Source: Candidatus Nomurabacteria bacterium
GTDB lineage: Bacteria; Patescibacteriota; Minisyncoccia; Phycocordibacterales; JACOZG01
NCBI GenBank assembly: GCA_020847275.1
Contig: JADLCI010000007.1
Location: forward strand, 27,814 to 91,813
Length of the DNA stretch: 64,000 nucleotides
Reading direction: 5' to 3'
The notes under the pieces are model-generated. The model was given only the letters and a program-made list of their open reading frames with translations. It was not told where the DNA came from and searched no databases. Position 1 is the first letter of the stretch, and the number at the start of each line of letters is the position of its first letter. The translations under genes were made by a program, and so were the position numbers. This document shows, in pieces, positions 1-8,281 of the stretch.

Positions 1-1
1 T

Positions 2-1159
2 GGTGTTCCTGATCAAGCAAATCAGGGTTCTCCGCGGACTTATACTTTCTCTTGGGATACTGGGCAGCCGCCACTTCGTGGGGGAAATTATACTATTTAC
101 GTTTCAGCCACTGACCACTTCGGTAACACCGTTAATTCAGAGCCTTACTCCGTTACGGTAAAGATTACGGAAAACTCCATTAAATCGCTCAATTTTCTAA
201 CTCCACTGGAGGGCAACAATGTTCGGGGGACCGTGCCGGTTGTGGCGGCTTTGGTTGGTGCCGCCAATACGATTTCTATTAGGCTTGGTGATTTTACGGG
301 GCCAATCATAGGGGCCTTTACCGATGCCAATGGCTCGAATACGCCACCAAACGGAGTTGGATTGCCTAAGACGGGCTCTTCCGAGCGTTCGAAACAGCGT
401 TACTTCTCACTCAATTGGGATACCAAAAATGGGCCATTTGCTGTTCCAAATGGTCAGCGTTACTTGTCGCTAGAAGGGGTTCACACTTCAGGTCAGAGGT
501 TTTTGAGTCAGAGTATCTGGGTAAGAGTTGATAACCCTTCGGAGGGGACACCGCCGGTTAGTGGCTCTTCGGATGATCGTTTTGGTCCGGCCGTGAGAAT
601 TTGGGCTGAACCGTCAAGTTGGAATCCCGGTAGTCAGCAACTTATTTCTTTCAAAACATCGGTCCGCGATCCCGATGGGATCTCCCAGGTTAGTATCAAG
701 GTTGGCAATCTTCCTGCTGCTAATTGTCAGGGTTTCGGCCAGACGGAGTCTTCTTGTCAGGTTTCATCGGTTCGAGCCACGTCTGTGCCCGTTGGCACCA
801 CGGTGACCGTCACCGCTTGGGATAACTCGTCCGCCCGTCGACAAACAGTGTTCTCTACCGAGGTAAAGAATGGGTCGCTTGGTAGTCAATCCAGTGGTCG
901 CCAATCTTCCTCTTGCCAGTCTCAAACTTCTCAGGGACAGAGCTTGCTCCCCAAGAGTTTGTCTGGCGTTGATCGTTCAACCTTGGCAGAGATTTCAGAT
1001 CAAGGAAACTGTCTAGCTATTCTTAGTCCGGCCGAATCTCCCTCAAACATTTCTTTTCCCACCCTTGCGGCGCCAGCGTCTGCACCATCTTCTGTTCTCG
1101 ACATTGGTGGAATTATTTTCCAATTGATACTGAAGATATTAGGTCGGGGGTTGATTTAG
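2..1159 (+). CDS. 5'-truncated secreted/surface protein with bacterial Ig-like domains and a Ser/Gln-rich tail
   Basis: The frame is open from position 2 (GVPDQANQGSPRTYTFSWDTGQPPLRGGNYTIYVSATDHFGN...) into the listed ORF 233-1159. Repeated 'WDT..NG.Y' Ig-like signatures; low-complexity S/Q tail. Confidence 0.65.
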   Translation, partial: GVPDQANQGSPRTYTFSWDTGQPPLRGGNYTIYVSATDHFGNTVNSEPYSVTVKITENSIKSLNFLTPLEGNNVRGTVPVVAALVGAANTISIRLGDFTGPIIGAFTDANGSNTPPNGVGLPKTGSSERSKQRYFSLNWDTKNGPFAVPNGQRYLSLEGVHTSGQRFLSQSIWVRVDNPSEGTPPVSGSSDDRFGPAVRIWAEPSSWNPGSQQLISFKTSVRDPDGISQVSIKVGNLPAANCQGFGQTESSCQVSSVRATSVPVGTTVTVTAWDNSSARRQTVFSTEVKNGSLGSQSSGRQSSSCQSQTSQGQSLLPKSLSGVDRSTLAEISDQGNCLAILSPAESPSNISFPTLAAPASAPSSVLDIGGIIFQLILKILGRGLI

Positions 1160-1165
1160 AGCGGT

Positions 1166-1936
1166 TCATTGTGGAAATTCCATGGCCAGCTCATTGGAGT
1201 GGAAAAACTCATAGGCCAGACGCCCGAAGCTGTAATTATGACCACCAAGTTCTATCTCTGAACCACCAACTTGAGGGTTAATCTTTGGTTGAGAATTAGC
1301 GAAACCAATGTTAAAGAGGGTTGCTAGGATTTCTGGTTGATTTGAAATATCAAAGCCAGCCACTTGCCATTGAGCAATTATTTCCTTGACGTAAATGGCT
1401 GTGTAAAGGTAGGCAAAATAATGATTTTTCTCATCGGCAATTCTCGAGAAACGCTCTTGTCCATAATTTTCAGTGGCAAAGTCCAGCAGATGAGCATATT
1501 TTTCTCCGGGGAAAAAGGGCGAGCTTTTGTCTTGTAAATTTTTTTCAATTTGTTCAGCTGTTTCCGGTTTTAATCCAGCCACTCCCCAAGAAAATTGGGT
1601 TTGGTTGCCCAGAATTTTTAAGGGTAGAAAAACTTGTTTGAAGATTTCTCGCTCGTCGTTGAAGAGGCGCAATTGTTCCGGTATCACCATTGCCACGATT
1701 AGCCGTGGTGAGATGTCTGTTGCCATGGAAGCCTGTTCAATTGCCGATTTGTCTTTAATTAGAGCCACTTTTAGGGTTTGCCATTCTTCGGTATTTATCC
1801 AAATCGGCGATGGTCTGATCTCTAGCTCCACTTCGTCCACCAGGCCAGCTACATTTGTCCAGCCGAATTTCACCGCGAAGAAAACGGAAGCATAGAGAGC
1901 GATAATTGTTGTCACGATACTTATCCCCAGTTTCAT
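1166..1936 (-). CDS. Membrane-anchored/exported hypothetical protein, possible lysozyme/lytic-transglycosylase-like fold
   Basis: Start placed at MKLGISIV (1936), just downstream of a TATGCT -10 box. N-terminal hydrophobic helix. Motifs IPEQ, GVAGLKPETA and LATLFNIG resemble SLT motifs I-III. Confidence 0.5.
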   Translation of the reverse strand: MKLGISIVTTIIALYASVFFAVKFGWTNVAGLVDEVELEIRPSPIWINTEEWQTLKVALIKDKSAIEQASMATDISPRLIVAMVIPEQLRLFNDEREIFKQVFLPLKILGNQTQFSWGVAGLKPETAEQIEKNLQDKSSPFFPGEKYAHLLDFATENYGQERFSRIADEKNHYFAYLYTAIYVKEIIAQWQVAGFDISNQPEILATLFNIGFANSQPKINPQVGGSEIELGGHNYSFGRLAYEFFHSNELAMEFPQ

Positions 1937-1963
1937 GGTGGGTAGCATAACACAGACGCGCGT

Positions 1964-1979
1964 GGGGGGGGGGTATAAT
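1964..1979 (+). promoter_or_regulatory. G10 homopolymer immediately followed by a TATAAT -10 box in a divergent intergenic region
   Basis: G x10 at 1964-1973, TATAAT at 1974-1979, ATG at 1988. Confidence 0.6.
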
Positions 1980-1987
1980 AGTGGTAT

Positions 1988-3646
1988 ATGAAAAAATATA
2001 AATTTCTGGCCAGCCTTGTATTGGCCACGGTCCTTCTTTTCAGTGGTACCCTGGCTCAAGCTCAAGCGATTCCAGCCAATAATATCTGTAGCATTATCGT
2101 TCTTCTCGGCCAGCTGAATGTCATCACACCGCAACAAATCATCACGCTCAATAATGCGCTTGGTTGCGGTAACACTCCTCAGCCACCTGGTCTTCCTCCC
2201 GGCTGTACCAGCACTAGTGGCTTCAGTCCCACGACGGGTCAGTCTTGTGGAGGTGGGTCTACTCCTGATTTAGCCTCTTTTAGTATTGTTTCACCAAATC
2301 GTGACACCATCTGGCGGAATGATACTGCCGGAGAATGGCTAACAATTAAGTGGAAATATGCTCCTGGAAGCATTGACGGATCTGCTCGAGTTCGTGTTGA
2401 TTTAGTGGGAACACGATACGGTCTCGCAAGTGGTCAGAGGGTAGATGAGGGGCAAGTGAGAATTAATATTTCTCCCGATATCCAGCCAGGCAGGTATCAG
2501 ATCAAAATCTCTGACTTCGATAACGGAAAGATTTTTGCTTACAGTGACTACTTTACTGTCACCTCTGGCGGAACGACGGGTAACCGGCCACCAGTAGTCT
2601 CTGGTGTTTCTGGGCCGACAGTCTTGCGGGTGGGGGAGACGGGCACTTGGAGTGTCCGTGCTAGCGATCCGGAGAATCAGTCCTTGAGCTACAGTGTTTT
2701 ATGGGGTGATGAGAATCTGCTTGCCTATAGCGTGGCTGGACCAAGAACAGTTTCGCAGTCAGCTACCTTCACTCACAGTTATGCAACTCCGGGTAACTAC
2801 TCCCCAAATTTCACTGTCACCGACTCTTTCGGCCAATCAGCCAGAACGAGTTTGAGTGTCCAGGTGGGTGGTGGTAATACCCCAATTCCAGCTCCGACGG
2901 TTCTCCTAAATGTAAATGGTCATGTCGCCACTGGCTACGATAGTCCGAGTGTGAATATTGGTAGCATTTCAACCGCCGTGATTAACTGGTCGAGTACTCC
3001 AAATGCCACCAGGTGCAATACTTACGGACAGGGTTCTCTTCGTCTTACTGATGGAACGATGTGGGATTTTTACAACCTGCCAGTCTCTGGTTCACGAACA
3101 TTCCAAACTTCTGGTCAGATTGATGGCTTGGGCAATACGATAACCGCCGCAACTATAGGTATACAGTGCTGGAGTAACGACTTTGCCAGCAGCGACAGTA
3201 AAGGACTCGTGGTCTCTTGGTCTGGCGGCTCGACCCCACCACCTCCGCCACTACCAACCCCACAATCTTCTACCATTTCTGTTGAGAGACCTCGTTCGGG
3301 CGATAATTGGCGCTTGGGTGAGAATAGGGAGATTACTTGGGAAGATAGCGGTTCAACCGGATTCAACTACAAAGTTTATGTTCGTGGAGACAGTCCCGCC
3401 TCCGCTTACCAACTGATTGGTCAAACAGCAACGAATAAATTACGCTGGACAGTTGGTCCTGGCGGACAATTTCCGGTTGGATCTTATAGGGTGGAGGTTA
3501 TAAAAGATGATGGTTTGGGTTACAACAAGAATCTCAGTGGCCAATTCACCATCTCTTCTGGCGGTCATGCTTCAATCTACAATGAAGGCCAGATGGCAAA
3601 CATTTCTTCATCCATTCGTTCGTTACTTCAACTTTTTGGACGGTAG
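1988..3646 (+). CDS. Secreted Ser/Thr/Pro-rich surface protein with PKD and Ig-like domains
   Basis: Signal peptide (..TLAQAQA), PKD signature (WGD...THSYATPGNY..TVTD), a Cys-bounded PPGCTSTSGFSPTTGQSC motif and poly-Pro linkers. Confidence 0.75.
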   Translation: MKKYKFLASLVLATVLLFSGTLAQAQAIPANNICSIIVLLGQLNVITPQQIITLNNALGCGNTPQPPGLPPGCTSTSGFSPTTGQSCGGGSTPDLASFSIVSPNRDTIWRNDTAGEWLTIKWKYAPGSIDGSARVRVDLVGTRYGLASGQRVDEGQVRINISPDIQPGRYQIKISDFDNGKIFAYSDYFTVTSGGTTGNRPPVVSGVSGPTVLRVGETGTWSVRASDPENQSLSYSVLWGDENLLAYSVAGPRTVSQSATFTHSYATPGNYSPNFTVTDSFGQSARTSLSVQVGGGNTPIPAPTVLLNVNGHVATGYDSPSVNIGSISTAVINWSSTPNATRCNTYGQGSLRLTDGTMWDFYNLPVSGSRTFQTSGQIDGLGNTITAATIGIQCWSNDFASSDSKGLVVSWSGGSTPPPPPLPTPQSSTISVERPRSGDNWRLGENREITWEDSGSTGFNYKVYVRGDSPASAYQLIGQTATNKLRWTVGPGGQFPVGSYRVEVIKDDGLGYNKNLSGQFTISSGGHASIYNEGQMANISSSIRSLLQLFGR

Positions 3647-3669
3647 AATCTGTGTTATAATCTGGCAAT

Positions 3670-5307
3670 ATGGCGGAAATGCCGATTGTCAAAGATAGAA
3701 CTTACTTTGCCGAAACTGATTTCCGAGGCAAGCGAACGAAGTTTGGCATTAAGTTTGAAGACCGTGCTCGGCATGTCTATGTGATTGGAAAGACAGGCAT
3801 GGGAAAAAGTACCATGCTGGAGAATATGGCCGTCCAAGATATCGCCGATGGGCACGGTATGGCTTTCATCGACCCGCACGGTAGTACGGCCGAGAAGTTA
3901 TTGGAATATGTGCCAGAGCATCGCATTAAGGATGTGATCTATTTTGCACCGTTCGATTTAGAGAATCCGATTTCTTTCAATGTTATGGAGGACGTGGGGG
4001 CCGACCAACGACACTTGGTGGTGAATGGTTTGATGAGCGCGTTTAAGAAACTCTGGGTAGATGCCTGGAGTGCGCGCATGGAATATATTCTAACCAACAC
4101 CTTGCTTGCCTTACTTGAGTATCCCAACTCCACCCTGCTTGGAGTGAATCGGATGCTTGCCGACAAGGTTTATCGCCAGAAAGTGGTGGATAATATCAAG
4201 GATCCCACCGTCCGTTCTTTCTGGGTTGATGAATTTGCCAAGTACACAGAGCGTTTCGCGGCCGAAGCCACGCCGGCGATTCAGAATAAAATCGGGCAAT
4301 TTACGGGGAATCCGCTGATTCGCAATATCATTGGGCAAACAAAATCGTCTTTCAGTTTTCGTCAAGCAATGGACGAACGAAAAATTTTAATCATCAATCT
4401 ATCCAAAGGCAGAATGGGCGAGGGGAATGCCAATCTACTTGGCTCAATGATTATCACTAAGATTTATCTAGCGGCGATGAGCCGAGCCAACTTGTCGCCA
4501 GCCGAGATGCGCTTGGTGCCCCCGTTCTATTTCTATGTCGATGAATTTCAATCCTTTGCCAACGAATCCTTTGCCAACATTCTTTCTGAGGCAAGGAAAT
4601 ATAAATTATCTCTGACAATCGCCCATCAGTATGTAGAGCAGATGTCGGAAGAGGTACAGGCGGCCGTTTTTGGTAACGTTGGGACGACGGTGGCTTTCCG
4701 GGTTGGTCCGCTTGATGCCGAAATTTTCGAGAAGATTTTTGCTCCCACTTTTAGTATGGAGGATATGGTTAATCTCGGCTTCGCTCAGATCTATTTAACG
4801 ATGATGATCGACGGGGTGGGCTCCCAACCATTTTCGGCGATTACTTTACCACCGATCACACCTCTAGCACGTTCCTATCACGATGAAATTATTTCTTGGA
4901 CACGAAAAACCTATGCGCGGCCTCGGGACATGGTTGAGAAGGACATCGGTAATTGGCATGCGACGCCATCTACGCCAAAGACGTTTGTTCCACCTCTTCC
5001 GCCGAGAACGGCTCAAGTTTCACGACCAAATCCACCAGTTTCTCGAGTGGACGCAGTGACGCCAAAAAAATTTATTGAACCGGAGAAGGTTGTTTCCCTC
5101 AAATCGCTTGAGCAGAAGGTGGAGACAAGAGAGAAGAGTACTGGGCGACACAGTGCTGATTTACGTGATGTGATTGCATCGGTTCAGAAGGAAGTTGCCG
5201 GGGGTCAAGCAAAAACCTTAGAAGAAAAAGCGCCAGAGAAGACAGCTGAAAAAAGACCAAGAAACGAAATTCCCGAAAATGAACTGAAGAAGATGTTGGA
5301 AGTATGA
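3670..5307 (+). CDS. VirD4/TraG/TraD-like (HerA/FtsK superfamily) coupling-protein ATPase
   Basis: Walker A GKTGMGKS, IDPHG, Walker B YVDEFQ, EARKY and AHQY motifs. Extended -10 TGtTATAAT at 3653-3661. Confidence 0.85.
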   Translation: MAEMPIVKDRTYFAETDFRGKRTKFGIKFEDRARHVYVIGKTGMGKSTMLENMAVQDIADGHGMAFIDPHGSTAEKLLEYVPEHRIKDVIYFAPFDLENPISFNVMEDVGADQRHLVVNGLMSAFKKLWVDAWSARMEYILTNTLLALLEYPNSTLLGVNRMLADKVYRQKVVDNIKDPTVRSFWVDEFAKYTERFAAEATPAIQNKIGQFTGNPLIRNIIGQTKSSFSFRQAMDERKILIINLSKGRMGEGNANLLGSMIITKIYLAAMSRANLSPAEMRLVPPFYFYVDEFQSFANESFANILSEARKYKLSLTIAHQYVEQMSEEVQAAVFGNVGTTVAFRVGPLDAEIFEKIFAPTFSMEDMVNLGFAQIYLTMMIDGVGSQPFSAITLPPITPLARSYHDEIISWTRKTYARPRDMVEKDIGNWHATPSTPKTFVPPLPPRTAQVSRPNPPVSRVDAVTPKKFIEPEKVVSLKSLEQKVETREKSTGRHSADLRDVIASVQKEVAGGQAKTLEEKAPEKTAEKRPRNEIPENELKKMLEV

Positions 5308-6350
5308 ATCGTCCACGAGTCCTCATTTTTTCACTAGCTTATTTCCCCTTTGTCGGTGGGGCGGAGGTTGCGGTCAAGGAATTAACTGATCGTTTGGGTG
5401 GATATTTTGAATTCGAGATAATTTCAGCTGATATCAAAAACTTCTGGTCAAAATATTTTTTCCCTTTCTGGGCTTCTCGGCAGGCTAAGCGGCAACACAG
5501 GCTAAGAAAATACGATTTAGTCTGGTCGATCATGGCGAATCAGGCAGGGATGGCCGGTGCTTTGTTCAAAAAGTATCATCCGGGGATCCCTTTTCTGCTT
5601 ACCCTCCAAGAGGGGGATGATTTGGACAGTTTTTTTTACCGTCTGCGTTTGCTTGCCCCTAGGTTGTTTGGGGTTTTTGCTCGCCCAGACCAGATTCAGG
5701 TGATTTCAAACTATCTAGCAGGTTGGGCAAAGAAAATGGGTGCCCGTTGTCCCATTGTGGTTATTCCAAATGGAGTTGATCTGAGCAAGTTTGGAAATCG
5801 AGAGGGTAATCTTGAGAAAGTGATTATTACAACATCACGGTTGGTGAAGAAAAACGGAATAGATTCTTTGGTCCGCTCACTCGCTTTTTTACCAGACGAT
5901 GTTAAACTGCAAATCCTTGGCCTTGGGCCAGAGGAGAAAGCGTTGAGGCGCCTGGTTACCAGTCTTCAACTGTCCGCCAGAGTCTCATTTTTGGGCCAGA
6001 TTGAGAGTAAGAACGTGGGTCAATACTTATCTCATGCCACTGTTTTTGCGCGTCCTTCGCGCTCGGAGGGGCTGGGGAACTCCTTTCTTGAGGCGATGGC
6101 GGCTGGATTGCCTGTTATTGCCACACCGGTTGGTGGAATCACTGATTTTTTGAGAGAAGGGGAGACAGGCTGGTTTTGCGAGGTCAACAACCCAAGATCC
6201 ATTTCTGAAAAGGTGAAATTCATTTTAGCGCCAGAGAATCAAGAACAAGTTACTCGGATAGTTAGCAATGCGCGGAAAATGGTTTATGAAAATTACGATT
6301 GGAATAAATTAGCGGAGAGATTTACTGGCTTATTGAAACAAATGTTATGA
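5304..6350 (+). CDS. Glycosyltransferase family 4
   Basis: GGAE N-terminal motif, VIPNGVD, and the EGLGNSFLEAMAAG (E-X7-E) motif. Confidence 0.9.
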   Translation: MNRPRVLIFSLAYFPFVGGAEVAVKELTDRLGGYFEFEIISADIKNFWSKYFFPFWASRQAKRQHRLRKYDLVWSIMANQAGMAGALFKKYHPGIPFLLTLQEGDDLDSFFYRLRLLAPRLFGVFARPDQIQVISNYLAGWAKKMGARCPIVVIPNGVDLSKFGNREGNLEKVIITTSRLVKKNGIDSLVRSLAFLPDDVKLQILGLGPEEKALRRLVTSLQLSARVSFLGQIESKNVGQYLSHATVFARPSRSEGLGNSFLEAMAAGLPVIATPVGGITDFLREGETGWFCEVNNPRSISEKVKFILAPENQEQVTRIVSNARKMVYENYDWNKLAERFTGLLKQML

Positions 6351-6889
6351 GAATAGTAATCGCTACGGGAATTTATCCGCCCCAGATTGGAGGACCAGCG
6401 CAATATGCGAAAAATTTGGCCGAAGAGTTCATCAAAAAGGGACACAGGGTTAAAATTTTGACTTACCGGCTGGAGAAGCACTTACCTTCTGGAGTTAGAC
6501 ATTTTTATTTTTTTGCCAAGTTGATATTTGCCCTCTGGCGAGTTGATTTTATTTTAGCGCTAGATACTTTTTCCGTTGGGTTGCCAGCCGTTTTGGCGGC
6601 TAGATTGGTTGGTAAAAAGATAATGATTAGGACAGGCGGGGATTTTCTTTGGGAAGGTTACGTGGAACGGACTGGTCATTTGGTTTTATTGCGGGAGTTT
6701 TATGAGAATGTTCGGGGAGGGTCAGTCAGGCTAAATTTCAAAGAGAAGGCTATTTTTGGTTTGACAAAATGGGTAATACATAAAGCTCAAATGATAGTGT
6801 TTAGTACCGAATGGCAAAGGGATATTTGGTCTAAACCGTATCAGTTGAGCCGACAGAAGACGAAAATTATTGAAAATTATTATGGCTAA
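6347..6889 (+). CDS. GT4 N-terminal domain (split glycosyltransferase, part 1)
   Basis: MRIVIATGIYPPQIGGPA N-terminal motif. The ORF ends right after the IIEN domain-linker motif. Confidence 0.75.
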   Translation: MRIVIATGIYPPQIGGPAQYAKNLAEEFIKKGHRVKILTYRLEKHLPSGVRHFYFFAKLIFALWRVDFILALDTFSVGLPAVLAARLVGKKIMIRTGGDFLWEGYVERTGHLVLLREFYENVRGGSVRLNFKEKAIFGLTKWVIHKAQMIVFSTEWQRDIWSKPYQLSRQKTKIIENYYG

Positions 6890-7331
6890 AATATTCATTG
6901 CTGGTACTAGGAAATTAAAATGGAAAAATTTATCTCTACTTGAGCGCGCTTTCGCTTTGGCCCAGAAGGCTCAACCAGAGCTTGTTCTTGATCTTAATAA
7001 CTGGCCTTACGAAGAATTTTTACAGAAAATAGCAGAGGCCTATGCCGTGATTCTTGTCTCACTCGGAGATATTAGTCCTAATTTGGTTTTGGATGCATTA
7101 CGTTTAGGGAAACCGGTTATTTTGACCACAGAAACAGGATTACGGCAGAGGTTGGGGGAGTCAGTAATTTGGGTGAATCCAGAAGACGAGAAAGATATTT
7201 CACAAAAGATCATCTGGTTGTCCGATCCCGAGAATTATCAACACTCTTGCCAACGCGCAAAGATGTTTGATTTGAAGCATTCGTGGTCGGACATTGCCGA
7301 TGAATTTTTAGACCTAGCTAAAGGTTTATGA
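6882..7331 (+). CDS. GT4 C-terminal domain (split glycosyltransferase, part 2)
   Basis: ATG at 6882 overlaps the upstream stop. RKLKWKN and a degenerate DISPNLVLDAL..GKPVI motif. Confidence 0.7.
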   Translation: MAKIFIAGTRKLKWKNLSLLERAFALAQKAQPELVLDLNNWPYEEFLQKIAEAYAVILVSLGDISPNLVLDALRLGKPVILTTETGLRQRLGESVIWVNPEDEKDISQKIIWLSDPENYQHSCQRAKMFDLKHSWSDIADEFLDLAKGL

Positions 7332-8281
7332 AGGTTTTAATGATTTCCACTGATTCAAAAATTTTCGAACCCCTGAGCGAGGTTCGGTTACGGATGATTA
7401 GTCAGGCCGAAAGTTTTGGCAAGCTCACAATTGCGATTATCGGCAAGAAAAGTTTTTTACCACAAGTAATTAACGACAAGCTGACGGTGTTTTCTCTCGG
7501 ACGTCTGGAGTCTTTTTTCTGGTGCCCGATGAGGGATTATGAACTAGTTACGAGTCAAAACCCCTTCGAGCACGGCTTAATTGGCTGGCTGTGGGCCGGG
7601 AAAATAAATGCCAAATTACAGCTTCAGATTCATACAGATTTTCTCAATCCTTATTTTGCCCAGGAGTCTCTTCTGAACAAAATACGGTTGCGACTAGCAA
7701 AGTTTTTATTGCCACGGGCTGACAGCGTTCGAGTTGTTAGCCAGCGAATTGCTGATTCGCTTGTTGGCGCAGGAATCAGATTAAGACAGAAACCGGTGGT
7801 TCAGCCAGTCAAGATTGATCTCGAAAAAATCAAAAATGAACCGATAAAAATAGATTTACATGACAGATATTCGCAGTTTAAGAAAATAGTTTTAATGGCA
7901 TCTCGTCTGACACGAGAAAAAAATATTGACCTAGCCATTCGGGCGATGAATTCGATTATTAAATCAAGGCCTGGCACCGGTCTGGTCATTGTTGGTTCTG
8001 GACCGGAAGAGGGGAGACTAAAACAACTGGTGAAACAACTGAAGCTAGAAAAAAATGTTTTTTTTGAGTCGTGGACCAACAATCTATCGTCTTTTTATAA
8101 AACAGCCGACCTGTTTCTTTTGACTTCATTTTATGAGGGATATGGAAGGACAATTGTGGAAGCAATGGCTTGTGGTTGTGTTGTTGTTTCGACCGACGTT
8201 GGAGTGGCGAGGGAAGTGGGGGCGATTATCTCTGGGGACAACATTACTGACTTGGTGGAGACACTGGAAAAAATATTATGA
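7328..8281 (+). CDS. Glycosyltransferase family 4
   Basis: SRLTREKN and EGYGRTIVEAMACG motifs. Confidence 0.9.
   Translation: MKVLMISTDSKIFEPLSEVRLRMISQAESFGKLTIAIIGKKSFLPQVINDKLTVFSLGRLESFFWCPMRDYELVTSQNPFEHGLIGWLWAGKINAKLQLQIHTDFLNPYFAQESLLNKIRLRLAKFLLPRADSVRVVSQRIADSLVGAGIRLRQKPVVQPVKIDLEKIKNEPIKIDLHDRYSQFKKIVLMASRLTREKNIDLAIRAMNSIIKSRPGTGLVIVGSGPEEGRLKQLVKQLKLEKNVFFESWTNNLSSFYKTADLFLLTSFYEGYGRTIVEAMACGCVVVSTDVGVAREVGAIISGDNITDLVETLEKIL

Noticed and set aside
1937-2137. N-terminal extension of the 323-aa minus-strand ORF
   Set aside because: It overlaps the start and promoter of the 1988-3646 gene. A start at 1936 gives a normal N-terminal TM helix and its own -10 box.
3670-5307. Conjugative element or ICE
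   Set aside because: No relaxase, VirB4, mating-pair genes, integrase or att repeats accompany the ATPase.
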